Positions 25,140 to 36,435 of a DNA stretch of 64,000 bases are shown here, piece after piece; position 1 is the first letter of the stretch; each line of letters starts with the position of its first letter. Below the pieces are notes generated by a model, which searched no databases, was not told the origin of the DNA, and saw only the letters and a program-made list of their open reading frames with translations. Origin of the DNA: Mobula hypostoma (lineage: Eukaryota); contig NC_086114.1 of assembly GCF_963921235.1 (NCBI RefSeq), forward strand, positions 1,860,001-1,924,000, written 5' to 3'. The translations under genes and the position numbers were made by a program.

Positions 25140-25877
25140 TCATTTTTTAAAGAAAGGGGCTTCCCTTCCTCCACTATCAACTCTGCTCTTAAACGCATCT
25201 CCCCCATTTCACGTACATCTGCTCTCACTCCATCCTCCCACCACCCCACTAGGAATAGGGTTCCCCTGGTCCTCACCTACCACCCCACCAGCCTCCGGGT
25301 CCAACATATTATTCTCCGTAACTTCCGCCACCTCCAACGGGATCCCACCACTAAGCATATCTTTCCCTCCCCGCCTCTCTCTGCATTCCGCAGGGATCGC
25401 TCCCTACACAACTCCCTTGTCCATTCGTCCCCCCCATCCCTCCCCACTGATCTCCCTGCTGGCACTTATCCGTGTAAGCGGAACAAGTGCTACACATGCC
25501 CTTACACTTCCTCCCTTACCACCATTCAGGGCCCCAAACAGTCCTTCCAGGTGAGGCATCACTTCACCTGTGAGTCGACTGGGGTGATATACTGCGTCCG
25601 GTGCTCCCGATGTGGCCTTTTATATATTGGTGAGACCCGACGCAGACTGGGAGACCGCTTTGCTGAACATCTACGCTCTGTCCGCCAGAGAAAGCAGGAT
25701 CTCCCAGTGGCCACACATTTTAATTCCACATCCCATTCCCATTCTGACATGTCTATCCACTGCCTCCTCTACTGTAAAGATGAAGCCACACTCAGGTTGG
25801 AGGAACAACACCTTATATTCCGTCTGGGTAGCCTCCAACCTGATGGCATGAACATTGACTTCTCTAACTTCCGCTAG
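25140..25877 (+). pseudogene. 5'-truncated PLE ORF: RT C-terminus, Cys-rich linker, GIY-YIG endonuclease (mirror copy on - at 24439-25137)
   Basis: Open frame SFFKERGFPSSTINSALKR...PLVLTYHP...PCKRNKCYTC...FTCESTGVIYCVRCSRCGLLYIGETRRRLGDRFAEHL...EEQHLIFRLGSLQPDGMNIDF*. Confidence 0.88.
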
Positions 25878-26172
25878 GCCCCACCTCCCCCTCGTACCCC
25901 ATCTGTTACTCTTTTTAATGCACACATTCTTTCTCTCGCTCTCCTTTTTCTCCCTCTGTCCCTCTGGATATACCTCTTGCCCATCCTCTGGGTCACCCCC
26001 CCCCCCCGTCTTTCTTCCCGGACCTCCTGTCCCATGATCCTCTCGTATCCCCTTCTGCCTATCACCTGTCCAGCTCTCGGCTCCATCCCTCCCCCTCCTG
26101 TCTTCTCCTATCATTTTGCATCTCCCCCTCCCCCTCCAGCTTTCAAATCCCTTACTCACTCTTCCTTCAGTT

Positions 26173-26208
26173 AGTCCTGACGAAGGGTCTCGGCCTGAAA
26201 CGTCGACT
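26173..26208 (+). ncRNA. Minimal type-I hammerhead ribozyme motif in the PLE 3' tail; predicted cleavage after C26204
   Basis: Stem I AGTC/GACT flanks the core CTGACGA (26177-26183), stem II AGGGTCTCGGCCT, GAAA (26197-26200), palindromic ACGT stem/loop III and a GUC triplet. Confidence 0.8.
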
Positions 26209-26426
26209 GTACCTCTTCCTATAGATGCTGCTTGGCCTGCTGCGTTCACCAGCAACTTTGATGTATGTTGCTTGAATTTCCAGCATCTGCAGAATTCCTG
26301 TTGTTTTCGTATGTGTATTCGTCCTTTTGGATGTCGTCCACCTTTTCGATTGCAACTCACCCTGTGGACGACAATTTTGCCTTATCAACGTAAGATGTAA
26401 GGGCACATTAGGCCATTCAGCCCATC

Positions 26427-27021
26427 TACGAGGTGTGATTGATAAGTTCGTAGCCGAAGGTAGAAGGTGTCAATTTTAGAAAACCTAGCACATTTATTTT
26501 TCAATGTAGTCCCCTCCATTTACACACTTAGTCCAGCGGTTGCGGAGTGTATGGATCCTGGACCTCCAGAAAGTGTCCACAGCAGGGGTGATTGATAAGC
26601 TCGTGGCGTAAGGTAGAAGGAGATGAGTTATACAGCTCTCATTACATGCACGTGCAGTTCAACTCTCAGTGATTATGCAGAAAGTTTGAAGTTAATAATG
26701 CATCAGGGTGATTGATAAGTTCGTGGCCTAAGGTAGAAGGAGATGAGTTATTAACTTCAAACTTTCTGCATAATCAGTCAGAGTTGAACTGCACGTGCAT
26801 GTAACGAGAGCCATATAACTCACCTCCTTCTACCTCACGCCACGAACTTATCAATCACCCATCTGTGGATATTTTCTGGAGGTCCAAGATCCGTATGGTC
26901 CACGACCGCTGGACTAAGTGTGTAAATGTAGGAGGGGACTATGTTGAAAAATAAATGTGCTAGGTTTTCTAAAATTGACTCCTTCTACCTTAGGCCACGA
27001 ACATATCAATCACCCCTTGTA
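26427..27021. mobile_element. Mariner-type foldback MITE (TA TSD) containing five copies of its TIR core, inserted in a CR1 tail
   Basis: TACGAGGTGTGATTGATAAGTTCGT ... ACGAACATATCAATCACCCCTTGTA. Nearly the whole element is an inverted repeat. Removing it restores the host CCCATC-TA-GTTTGCTC. Confidence 0.85.
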
Positions 27022-29029
27022 GTTTGCTCTGCCATTCCATCATGGCTAATCCCGGATTTCACTCAACCCCATACACCTGCCTTCTTGCCATATCCTTAAA
27101 TGCCCTGACCAATCAGGAAACTCAACTTCTGCCTTAAATATACCCACAGACTTTGCCTCCACCACAGTCTGAGGCAGACCATCGCACAGATCTACTACTG
27201 TCTGGCTAAATAATGTCTCCTTACCTTATTTCTGAAAGGTCGTCCCTCAGTTTTGAGGCTGTGCCCTGGAGTTCTGGATACCTCCACCGCAGGTAACATC
27301 TTCTCGAGATCTACCCTATCTAGTCCTATCAACATTCGGTAGGTTTTAATGAGATTCCACCCCCCCCCCGCATTCTTCTAAATTCCAGTGAGTACAGCCT
27401 CAAGCTGCCAAACGCTCCTCATGATTATTTCTTATATCCTTCACATACATGAGGAGTTAAAATCTTTGTTATGTCTGTCTGAATGTGCAGTTTATAGTAA
27501 TTTGTAATATATAGTATGTACTACAGGACAGTCAATATAGCATAGAAATACAGTTGTATCAGTGTGAATTAATCATTCTGATGGTCTGGTGGAAGAAGCT
27601 GTCCCGGAGCCTGTTAGTCCTGGCTTTAATGCTGCAGTACCGTTTCCTGGATGGTAGCAGCTGGAACAGTTTGTGGTTGGGTGACTCCTAGGTCCCCAAT
27701 GATCCTTCAAGCCCTTTTTACACTAATGTTAACCCCTCATTCCTGGAATCATCTTCGTGAACCTCCTCTGGACTCTTCAATGACACACATCCTTTCTGAG
27801 ATATGGGACCCAAAACTGTTGACTTGTGCAGCCTGACTAGTTTCTTATAAAACTACAGTATTACCTCTTTGCTTTTGTATTCAATTCCCCTTGAAATAAA
27901 TAGCAACATTGTATTTGCCTTCTTTACCACAGAGTCAACCTGTAACAGCCTCTCCTCACAGCTACCTCATCTTCAGCACTATCTGCCTTTCCTAATATAC
28001 TTCTTGCATTTACGTATATCTTATATAAAGGTTGATAGATTCTTGATTGGTCAGGGCATGAAGGGATACAGGGAGAAGGCAGGAGACTGGGGCTGAGAGG
28101 GAAAATAGATGAGCTATGATGAAATGACAGAGCAGACTCGATGGGCCAAATGGCCTAATTCTGCTCCTATAACTTCTGGTCTAACAAAGATGTCAGTAAA
28201 AACAACTCAAGTTTAATAAATGAATCTGAGAGCAAGTACTTCTAATGGGCTGCCAATAGGTAATATATCTTGAGGATTTAACATGGAATGTGGATACTCC
28301 TCTTATTCTGTAACTTTTATTAATATTGCTTTCCTAGATTGCATACCGGGCAAGTTCAGATGGCAAACAAAAATCATTCTGACAATGGCTACAATCTGAA
28401 GTTTGAACTGTGTTTTTCTCTCCACAGATGCTGCCTGCCCAGCTGAAAATTTCAGATTTCAGACATATTACTTTTAAATTTGTGATTTGATTATTAGTTT
28501 GTCATTTGTAAATTTTCCTAACAGATAGATAGATAACATCCTGAAGACAACCAGTGAATTGTGACAATATCTCCGTGCCCCAAATTCAGTTTATTAATTA
28601 TATGTATATTCAAATCTATATTATTAAATAACACATCTCATGCCTCATATTTGCCTGCTAGCAACTGCTTTTAGTGTAAATAGTTGTTTGATTGAAAGAT
28701 GTTTTGAGGAAGATCTCACAGAGATCATTAATATGCTATGATGTAAACTATTTTGCTAATGATTTTAGTCATTACTGTGACAACAGTGAAACAAAATTGC
28801 AGAATGCTAGTGAATTAAATAATTTCCACTAAAGTCAATCTGACCTGAATAATAGTCCGTGCCACTCGGACTTGTGCTAATATTATTTTGTGATTATATG
28901 TCCTGTGTGTGACTATGTCCTGTGTTTTGCACCTTGGCCCCAGAGGACCAATGTTTCATTTAGACATATGCATGTGCATGGTTGAATGACAATAAACTTG
29001 AACTTGAATAAACTTTTTTTAAAAAGTCA

Positions 29030-30380
29030 TGGTCTCTTGGCCCATCCATTCTTCTAAACTCTAGTGAGTACAGGCCCAAAGATGCCAAATGGTCTTCAGC
29101 CGTTAATCCCTTCATTCCCGGAATCATCCTTGTGAACCTCCTCTGGATTCTCTCCAATGACAACACATCCTTTCTGAGATATGGGGCTCAAACCCATTGA
29201 CAATACTCCAAATGTGGCCTGACTAGTGTCTTATAAAGGCTCAGCAATATCTCCTTGCTTTTATATTCTAATCCCCTTGAAATAAATGCCAACATTGCAT
29301 TTGCCTTCTTTACCACAACTCAACCTGTAAATTATCCTTCTGGGAGTCTTGCACAAGGACTCCTAAGTCTTTCTGCACCTCTGATGTTTGAACCTTCTCC
29401 CCATTTAGGTAATAGACGGCACTATTGTTCCTTTTACCAAAATGTTTCACTAGTCACTGACAGCCAACCAGAAAAGGCCCATTTTATTCCCACTCGCGGT
29501 CTCCTGCCTGTCAGCTTTTCCTCTGTCCATGCCAGTATCTTTCTCGTAACGCCACAGGATTTTATTTTGTTAAGCAGCCTTGTGTGGCACCTTGTCAAAT
29601 GCCTTCTGAAAATCCAAGTAAAAGACATCCACTGCCTCTCCTTTGTCCACTCTGCTTGTTACTCCCTCAAAAAACTTAACAGATTCGTCAGACAAGATTT
29701 CCCTTTACAGAAACCATGCAGACTATGGATTTATTTTTATCATTAGACTCCAAGTATCCAAAACCTCATCCTTAATAATAGACTCCAACACTTGCCCAAC
29801 CACTGAGGTTAGGCTAACTGGCCTATAATTTCCTTTCTTTTGCTTTCCTCCCTTAAAGAGTGGAGTGACATTTGCAATCTTCTAGTCCTCCTGGACCATG
29901 ACATAATCAAGTGATTCTTGAAAGATCATGACAAATGCATCTGTTATATCTTCAGCAACCTCTCTCTGGACTCTGAGATGTAGTCCATCTGGTTCAGGTG
30001 ACTTGTCCACCTTAAGACCTTTGAGTTCACCTAGCACTTTTACCTTTGTAATAGCAACTGTACTCACTCCTGCTCCCTGACACTCACGGACTTCTGGCAC
30101 ACTGCTGCCGTCTTCCACAGTGAAGACAGATACAAAGTACCCATTTAGTTAGTTGCTATTTCTTTGTCCCCCATTACTACCTCACCAGCATCATTTTCCA
30201 GAGGCCCAATATCAACTCTCACCTCCCTTTTACTCTTGATATAACTGGAAAAACTTTTGGTACTCTGCTTTATATTATCGGCTAGTTTGCCCTCATATTT
30301 AATCTTTTCCCTTGTAGCTTTTTTAGTTGCCTTTTGTTTGATTTTAAAAGCTTCCCGATCATCCAACTTCCCACTCACTT
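29030..30380 (-). mobile_element. CR1 LINE ORF2 fragments
   Basis: SLERIQRRFTRMIPGM; LKVDKSPEPDGLH; KSFSSYIKSKR. Confidence 0.8.
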
Positions 30381-30574
30381 TCATGAAGGATCCCACCCAC
30401 TCTGTTCACAGACTGTTTATCCCACCCCCATCAGAGAAGAGGCTACAGACCCAAAAACAGTTACTTTCCCCAAGCAGTAAGGCTGATCAACGCCTCCAGC
30501 CACTAACTCCACCACTACTTTATTATTTCCCATGGGTCACTTCATGTACAGCCCAGTGACATACAATCAATGTG

Positions 30575-31702
30575 TGAGTGTGCCAGAGTCTTAGGCACCC
30601 TAGATGTTTTAGATGTTTATGTTTCATCTTCTGCATTAGCATATCAGTAGAAAAGAGCAAATTTTAAATTTCTAAGCATTCATTTCCCAAAAAATTAAAT
30701 GTTACGGAGTTTTAAAAAATTTTGTTAAAGAAAGTAACCTAATAAGTAATAGACCGTTTTTCAAATCAAAACTTGATTTCTTCGTAGGTATAATTAAACG
30801 ACGATAACAAACAAGTGCTAACCATCAATGATATAATGAAGTAAACTGATAAACGGAAACAGAAATGGGTGTAGAAGGAATCAAACTGGGCGAAGGACAA
30901 CCAAACTGAAAGTGAGGGTATGGCAGAGTTGACAGTTTGACCTCCGAAGTGGAAACAAAGCCAAGAGAGTCACCTGTGCACAAAAACACCGGGATGCTGA
31001 ACAATGGCAACGAGTGCTCTGGACTGATGATCAGAATTTGAAATTTTTGGGTCAAATAGGGGGCAGATTGTCCATAGAAGGGCTGGAGAGCTCTGACATG
31101 TATGAGTGTTTGCAGCCATCTGTGAAGCATGGTGGATGTTCCCTGCATGTTTGGGGCTGCATTTCTGAGAATGGAGTTGGTGATCTGGCCAGAATTAATG
31201 GAATCCTCAATGCTGAGAAGTACAACCAGATTGTCATCCATTACATGATACCCCCTGACAGGTCCCAATTTCATTCTGCATCAGGACAATTACCCCAAAC
31301 ACCTTTGGTGAAAGGGAATTCTACAACAGGCGGTGTGGCCTCCACCGATCCCTGATCCCAACATCATTCAGACTGTCTAGGGTTATTTGGAAAGACGAAA
31401 GCAAGCAAGATAGACAGGGTCTGCAGAAGAACTGTGGCAAGTTCTCCAAAAATGTTTGGAACAATCTACCAGCTGACTTTCTTATAAAACTGCACAATGA
31501 TGTACTGAAGAGAATTGATGCAGTTTGAAAGGCAAAGGGTTGTCATACCAAATAACCAAATATTGATTTGATTTAGTTTTTTTTTACTAAAAATCATTAT
31601 AGGACGTTTTAATATTTAGAACTGTTTCACTTCATTGTTTTTGAAAGCATCTTCGCTTTACAGAATTTTTACATTTGCCTAAAAATTTTGCATAGTACCG
31701 TA
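30575..31702 (+). mobile_element. Second Tc1 transposon remnant (approximate ends)
   Basis: LWTDD...PSVKHGGCSLHVWGCISENGVGDLARINGILNAEKY; imperfect TIRs (AGTCTTAGGCA / TGCCTAAAAATTTTGCA). Confidence 0.7.
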
Positions 31703-32339
31703 CAAGATTTTTGTTTATTATGCTTATTATGTGTCATTATTATTATCCTGTTCTTTATCATTTGTGCTTTTTTGTGCTGGATCAGATCCAGAGAAACAAT
31801 TATTTTCTTTTGCTTTACACACGTGTACTAGAAATAACAGTAAACAATCTTGAAATCCCAATAAACACTGTGTGACAACAACAGAAGTAACATTAAACAC
31901 TGAGGTAAATTCTTAACTAATGGTTGTACAAACAAGGTATTATTGAGTCAAAAAACCAGAAACACAGGTCACACCATCTGTTTACTGGGATGTCTAAGGG
32001 CCAGAGGCAGAGGAAATATTTCAGGCTCCCGGGTCCTGTGCTCGGCAACTGGTTGGTGGGAAAATCAGCGCCAGTGCAGACCCTCTCAGACCCGGCACAT
32101 GCGGATAACAGGAGCAGAAAGTGGAACGTAATCTTGATTGAATTACGTACCATACGGGTAACCACAAGAGAGAATCGCAGCTTAATCCATGACATTCAGT
32201 AAAAAGAGAATTAACAAGTTCTCTCCAACATCACAGGGTTACTCCAGACCAGTCCATGAAGACTGCAGTGACAAGAGCAGAGTCGGGGTTGGGTAAGGTA
32301 CTTTGAGGCAAGCAACTCATATCTCGATCTCGTCTCTCC

Positions 32340-34700
32340 TCCAACCATCACTTCCTCCCCCTCCCTCTCCCCAACCCCCAATCTCCTCCTCCCCAACTCC
32401 CTATCTCTTCCCCACTCCCCATCCCCCATCTCCTCCCCACTCCCCGTCCCCATCTCCTCCTCCCCACTCCCCATCCCCATCTCCTCCCCACTCCCCATCC
32501 ACCATCTCCTCCCCACTCCCTATCCCCATCTCCTCCTCTCTCCCCTCCCCATCTCCTCCCCACTCCCCATTCTCCATCTCCTCCCCATTCCCCATCCCCA
32601 TCTCCTCCCCACTCCCCATCCCCCATCTCCTCCCCATCCCCATCCTCATCTCCTCCCCATCCCCATCCCCATCTCCTCCCCACTCCCCATCCCCATCTCC
32701 TACTCACTCCCCATCCACCATCTCCTCCCCATATCCCCATCCCCTATCTCCTCCCCACTCCCCATCTCCTCCTCTCTCCACTCCCCATCTCCTCCCCACT
32801 CCCCATCCTCCATCTCCTCCCCATTCCCCATCCCCATCTCCTCCCCACTCCCCATCCCCCATCTCCTCCCCACTCCCCATCCCCATCTCCTCCTTCCCAC
32901 TCCCCATCCCCCATCTCCTTCCCATCTCCCCATTCCCTATCTCCTCCCCACTCCCCATACCCCATCTCCTCCCCATCCCCACCCCCATCTCCTCCCCACT
33001 CCCCATCCCCATCTCCTCCCCACTCCCCATCCCCCCTCTCCTACCCTCTCCCCATCCCCATCTCTTCCCCACTCCCCATGCCCCATCTCCTCCCCACTCC
33101 CCATCCCACATCTCCTCCTCCCCACTCCCCATCCCCCATCTCCTCCCTACTCCCCATCCCCCTCTCTCCTCCCCACTCTCCATCCATCTCCTCCCCTCTC
33201 CCCATCCCCATCTCCTCCCCACTCCTCATCCATCTCCTCCCCATCCCCCATCTCCTCCCACACCCCATCCCCCCATCTCCTCCCCACTCCCCATCCCCCA
33301 TCTCCTCCTCCCCACTCCCCATCCCCTGTCTCCTCCCCACTCCCCCTCCCCATCTCCTCCCACTCCCCATGCCCCATCTCCTCCCCACTCCCCATCCCCC
33401 ATCTCCTCCTCCCCACTCCCACCCCCGTCTCCTCCCCACTGCCCATCCCCCTATCTCCTCCCCACTCCCATCCCCCATCTCCTCCCCACTCCCCATCCCC
33501 ATCTCCTCCCCATTCCCCATTGCCCATTTCCTCCTCCCCATCCCCCATCTTCTCCCCACTCCCCATCCTCATCTTCTCCCCACTCCCCATCCATCTCCTC
33601 CCCACTCCCCATCCCCATCTCCTCCCCATCCCCATCTCCTCCCATCTCCCCATCCCCTATCTCCTCCCCTCTCCCCATCCCTCATGTACTCCCCACTCCC
33701 CATCTCGTCCCCACGCCCCATCCCCCATCTCCTCCCCACTCCCCATCCCCCATCTCCTCCCTACTCCCCATCCCCCTGTCTCCTCCCCACTCATCCATCT
33801 CCTCCCCTCTCCCCATCCCCATCTTCTCCCCACTCCCCATCCATCTCCTCCCCATCCCCCATCTCCTCCCCTCTCCCCATCCCCATCTCCTCCCCACTCC
33901 CCATCCCCCATCTCCTCCCTACTCCCCAACCCCCCGTCTCCTCCCCACTCCCCATCCCCATTTCCTCCCCACTCCCCATCCCCATCTCCTCCCTACTCCC
34001 CACCCCCCTGTCTCTCCTTCCTACTCCCCATCCCCCTGTCTCCTCCCCACTCCCCATCCATCTCCTCCCCACTCCCCATCCCCCATCTCCTACCCATCCC
34101 CATCTCCTCCCATCTCCCCATCCCCTATCTCCTCCCCCTCCCCATCCCTCATGTCCTCCCCACTCTCCATCCCCATCTCCTCCCCAATCCCCATCCCCAT
34201 CTCCTCCCCACTCCCCATCCCCCATCTCCTCCCTACTCCCCATCGCCCTGTCTCCTCCCCACTCCCCATCCCCATCTCCATCTCCTCCCCACTCCCCATC
34301 TCCACCCCACTCCCCATCCCCCATTTCCTCCCTACTCCCCATCCCCCTGTCTCCTCCCCACTCCCCGTACCCCATCTCCTCCCCACTCCACATCCCCATC
34401 TTCTCCCCACTCCCCATCCCCATTTCGTCCCCACTCCCCATCCTCCATCTCCCCCCCTCCCCATCCCCCATCTCCTCCCCCTCCCCATCCCCCATCTCCT
34501 CCCCACTCCCCATCCCCATCTCCTCCCCTCTCCCCATCCCCCATCTCCTCGCCACTCCCCATCCCCCATCTCCTCCCCACACCCCATCCCCCCATCCCCT
34601 CCCCATCCCCCATCCGCCATCTCCTCCTCCCCACTCCCCATCCCCCATCTCCTCCCTCTCGCCCTCGCCCTCCCCATCTCTCTTCTTCTCCTTCCCTCCA
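32340..34700. repeat. ~2.35 kb pyrimidine-rich minisatellite (unit about CTCCTCCCCACTCCCCATCCCCCAT)
   Basis: Direct tandem repetition; the + strand is almost free of G. Confidence 0.95.
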
Positions 34701-36402
34701 TATCTCCCGGCTGGAAAACACGAGTCGGACTTGCCTTGGCGAGTCTGCTCCACAACCTCCCGAGGATGAAAGCCCGGTCCACATGCTAGTCACTGCAACA
34801 GTCCAGCCTTCACTGCACCCTCCCTCCTCGCCACTCCTGTCTGAGGTACACGGCTGTTGTGGTTTTCAATCTCCTCGAAACACTGGCTTTGCCCAGGCTC
34901 TGACAGCATCTCCCAAAGTCAGGGGCATTTGACGCGTCGGCACACCACGACAAGCTAATTCGCCTTAAATTTACGCCCCAGCCTGACTGGGAAACGAGTC
35001 GTGCCCGGGTGAGGCTCGCCAGTACTTTAACCGGCGGGCCAGAGCATCCACCCACCATCATTGCCGGGGCAAAGATGCGCTGTAAACGCGGGCCTCCCCT
35101 CTGATTCCCGAAACTGAATGGAAAAGAGATTGTTTAGGAACGCAATCCCCTGGCGTGCCTGTAAATTTCCATCATGGGAGATGAGAATATGCCTGATCTC
35201 TGTCGAGAATAATTTTGTCATTAGAGAATGAATTATTTACTATTTCATTGCCAATACCGTGCAGTCTCACGCCCTAAAGGAAATAGAGAAAGCGGCAGCC
35301 AGCAATGTTCTGTTTAAACCATTCCAGATGGAGACTGTGGGAGCAGCACATAGCATTGACGGACATTACTGTATCTGGATCGGTGTTTAATGTCCGGCTC
35401 CTGAGTACTGTACCTGCACTTCTCGACCACCAGAAGCATTTTGTTTTGAAACAGCAGTTTACCGAGCTTTGCAGAAGTTAATGGTCTCCAGCACTGCGAC
35501 CAAACTCGGATTCAGGGTTTGAATCAACCCTCTAGATGCCCAGTGTATCACGCTGGCTTCAACGCGCCTTTCTACGTTTGGACAGGTACCACGTTCCAGG
35601 CTAAGTGACCAAGAAAGTCCCAATGGGACTTGCTGAGTTCATTCCCCTCAGTCTGGCCAGGAGCTTATTTCCAAAACTAGAAGTCAACTAAAACTACCAC
35701 CGCCCCCCCCCCCATGACCCGTAGCCAGAAAGAGTGCACAACCTCACTCACTCGAGGGGTTTGCCCAACACCAGTCAGATGACTTCTGAGCTCCAGCGGT
35801 TCGCCTGCTAACGGCAACAGTCTGAGAAAGGAGACTCGCTGGAGTAAATAATTAACTCAAACGGTTAAGGCAAGAGGAGATGCGTGATCTTTGAAGGAAA
35901 AAGGGCAATTGCATTCTTCAGGGATGGACCTAGCCAAACATGAGATGGGTTCATAATTTCGCTTTTATTCCACTGTGTGGCACCCGTGTGCGTTTTTCCC
36001 GTCGAAAGCAAAACACGATTATTAAACAGCAGCCTAAATATTACAGATGCCAAGGAGCATCAGTTCCCTGCAAAAACTGGCCACCGTCTGCTTCTAGTTC
36101 TGAATTTAACTCTACCCTTATTGACTGAGGGAGAAATCTCATCTGTAGTTAAACCTAGAAGTAGCGTAGCCTTCAGAAAATTAGTCCAAACCCTCTCCGC
36201 GCAACATTGCAAGAGTGGGTGAACATGCGGGAATTATTTTGTGACCCCCGGGATTTCAGGATCAATATTAGCTTTTCACGATGCAATGTACGGTTGGGAA
36301 TGTTGGCCCATTGATATTTTTTAAGGTTACTGGATGTCGGCGCGTGGGGCAGTTGTGGCGGCGGCGGGAGAGAGCAAACAGCTCAGGAGCCGGGCCAAGC
36401 CC

Positions 36403-36435
36403 AGCAATGCTCCGCATCGCCACTAGATGGTGCTG
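36403..36435 (+). promoter_or_regulatory. Candidate CTCF site with upstream motif
   Basis: CCACTAGATGGTGC at 36420-36433 fits the CTCF core CCACYAGRKGGCRS with one mismatch; AGCAATGC lies upstream. Confidence 0.6.

Larger units (their letters stand above)
24077..26305. mobile_element. Young Penelope-like retroelement insertion forming a ~1.06 kb-arm palindrome, with 15-bp TSD
   Basis: 24077-25137 is the reverse complement of 25179-26241 apart from a few differences. TSD TTCGTATGTGTATTC at 24062-24076 and 26306-26320. Confidence 0.92.

Noticed and set aside
24439-25143. 234-aa ATG-initiated GIY-YIG ORF as a domesticated host nuclease gene
   Set aside because: Its ATG is created fortuitously by the inversion junction. 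It is one arm of a recent TE palindrome, with no promoter or conservation evidence.
32303-34932. 828-aa, 563-aa and 470-aa Pro/Ser/His-rich extensin-like ORFs and G/W/E-rich antisense ORFs
   Set aside because: Translation of a C-rich minisatellite that is open in several frames; no splice or domain evidence.
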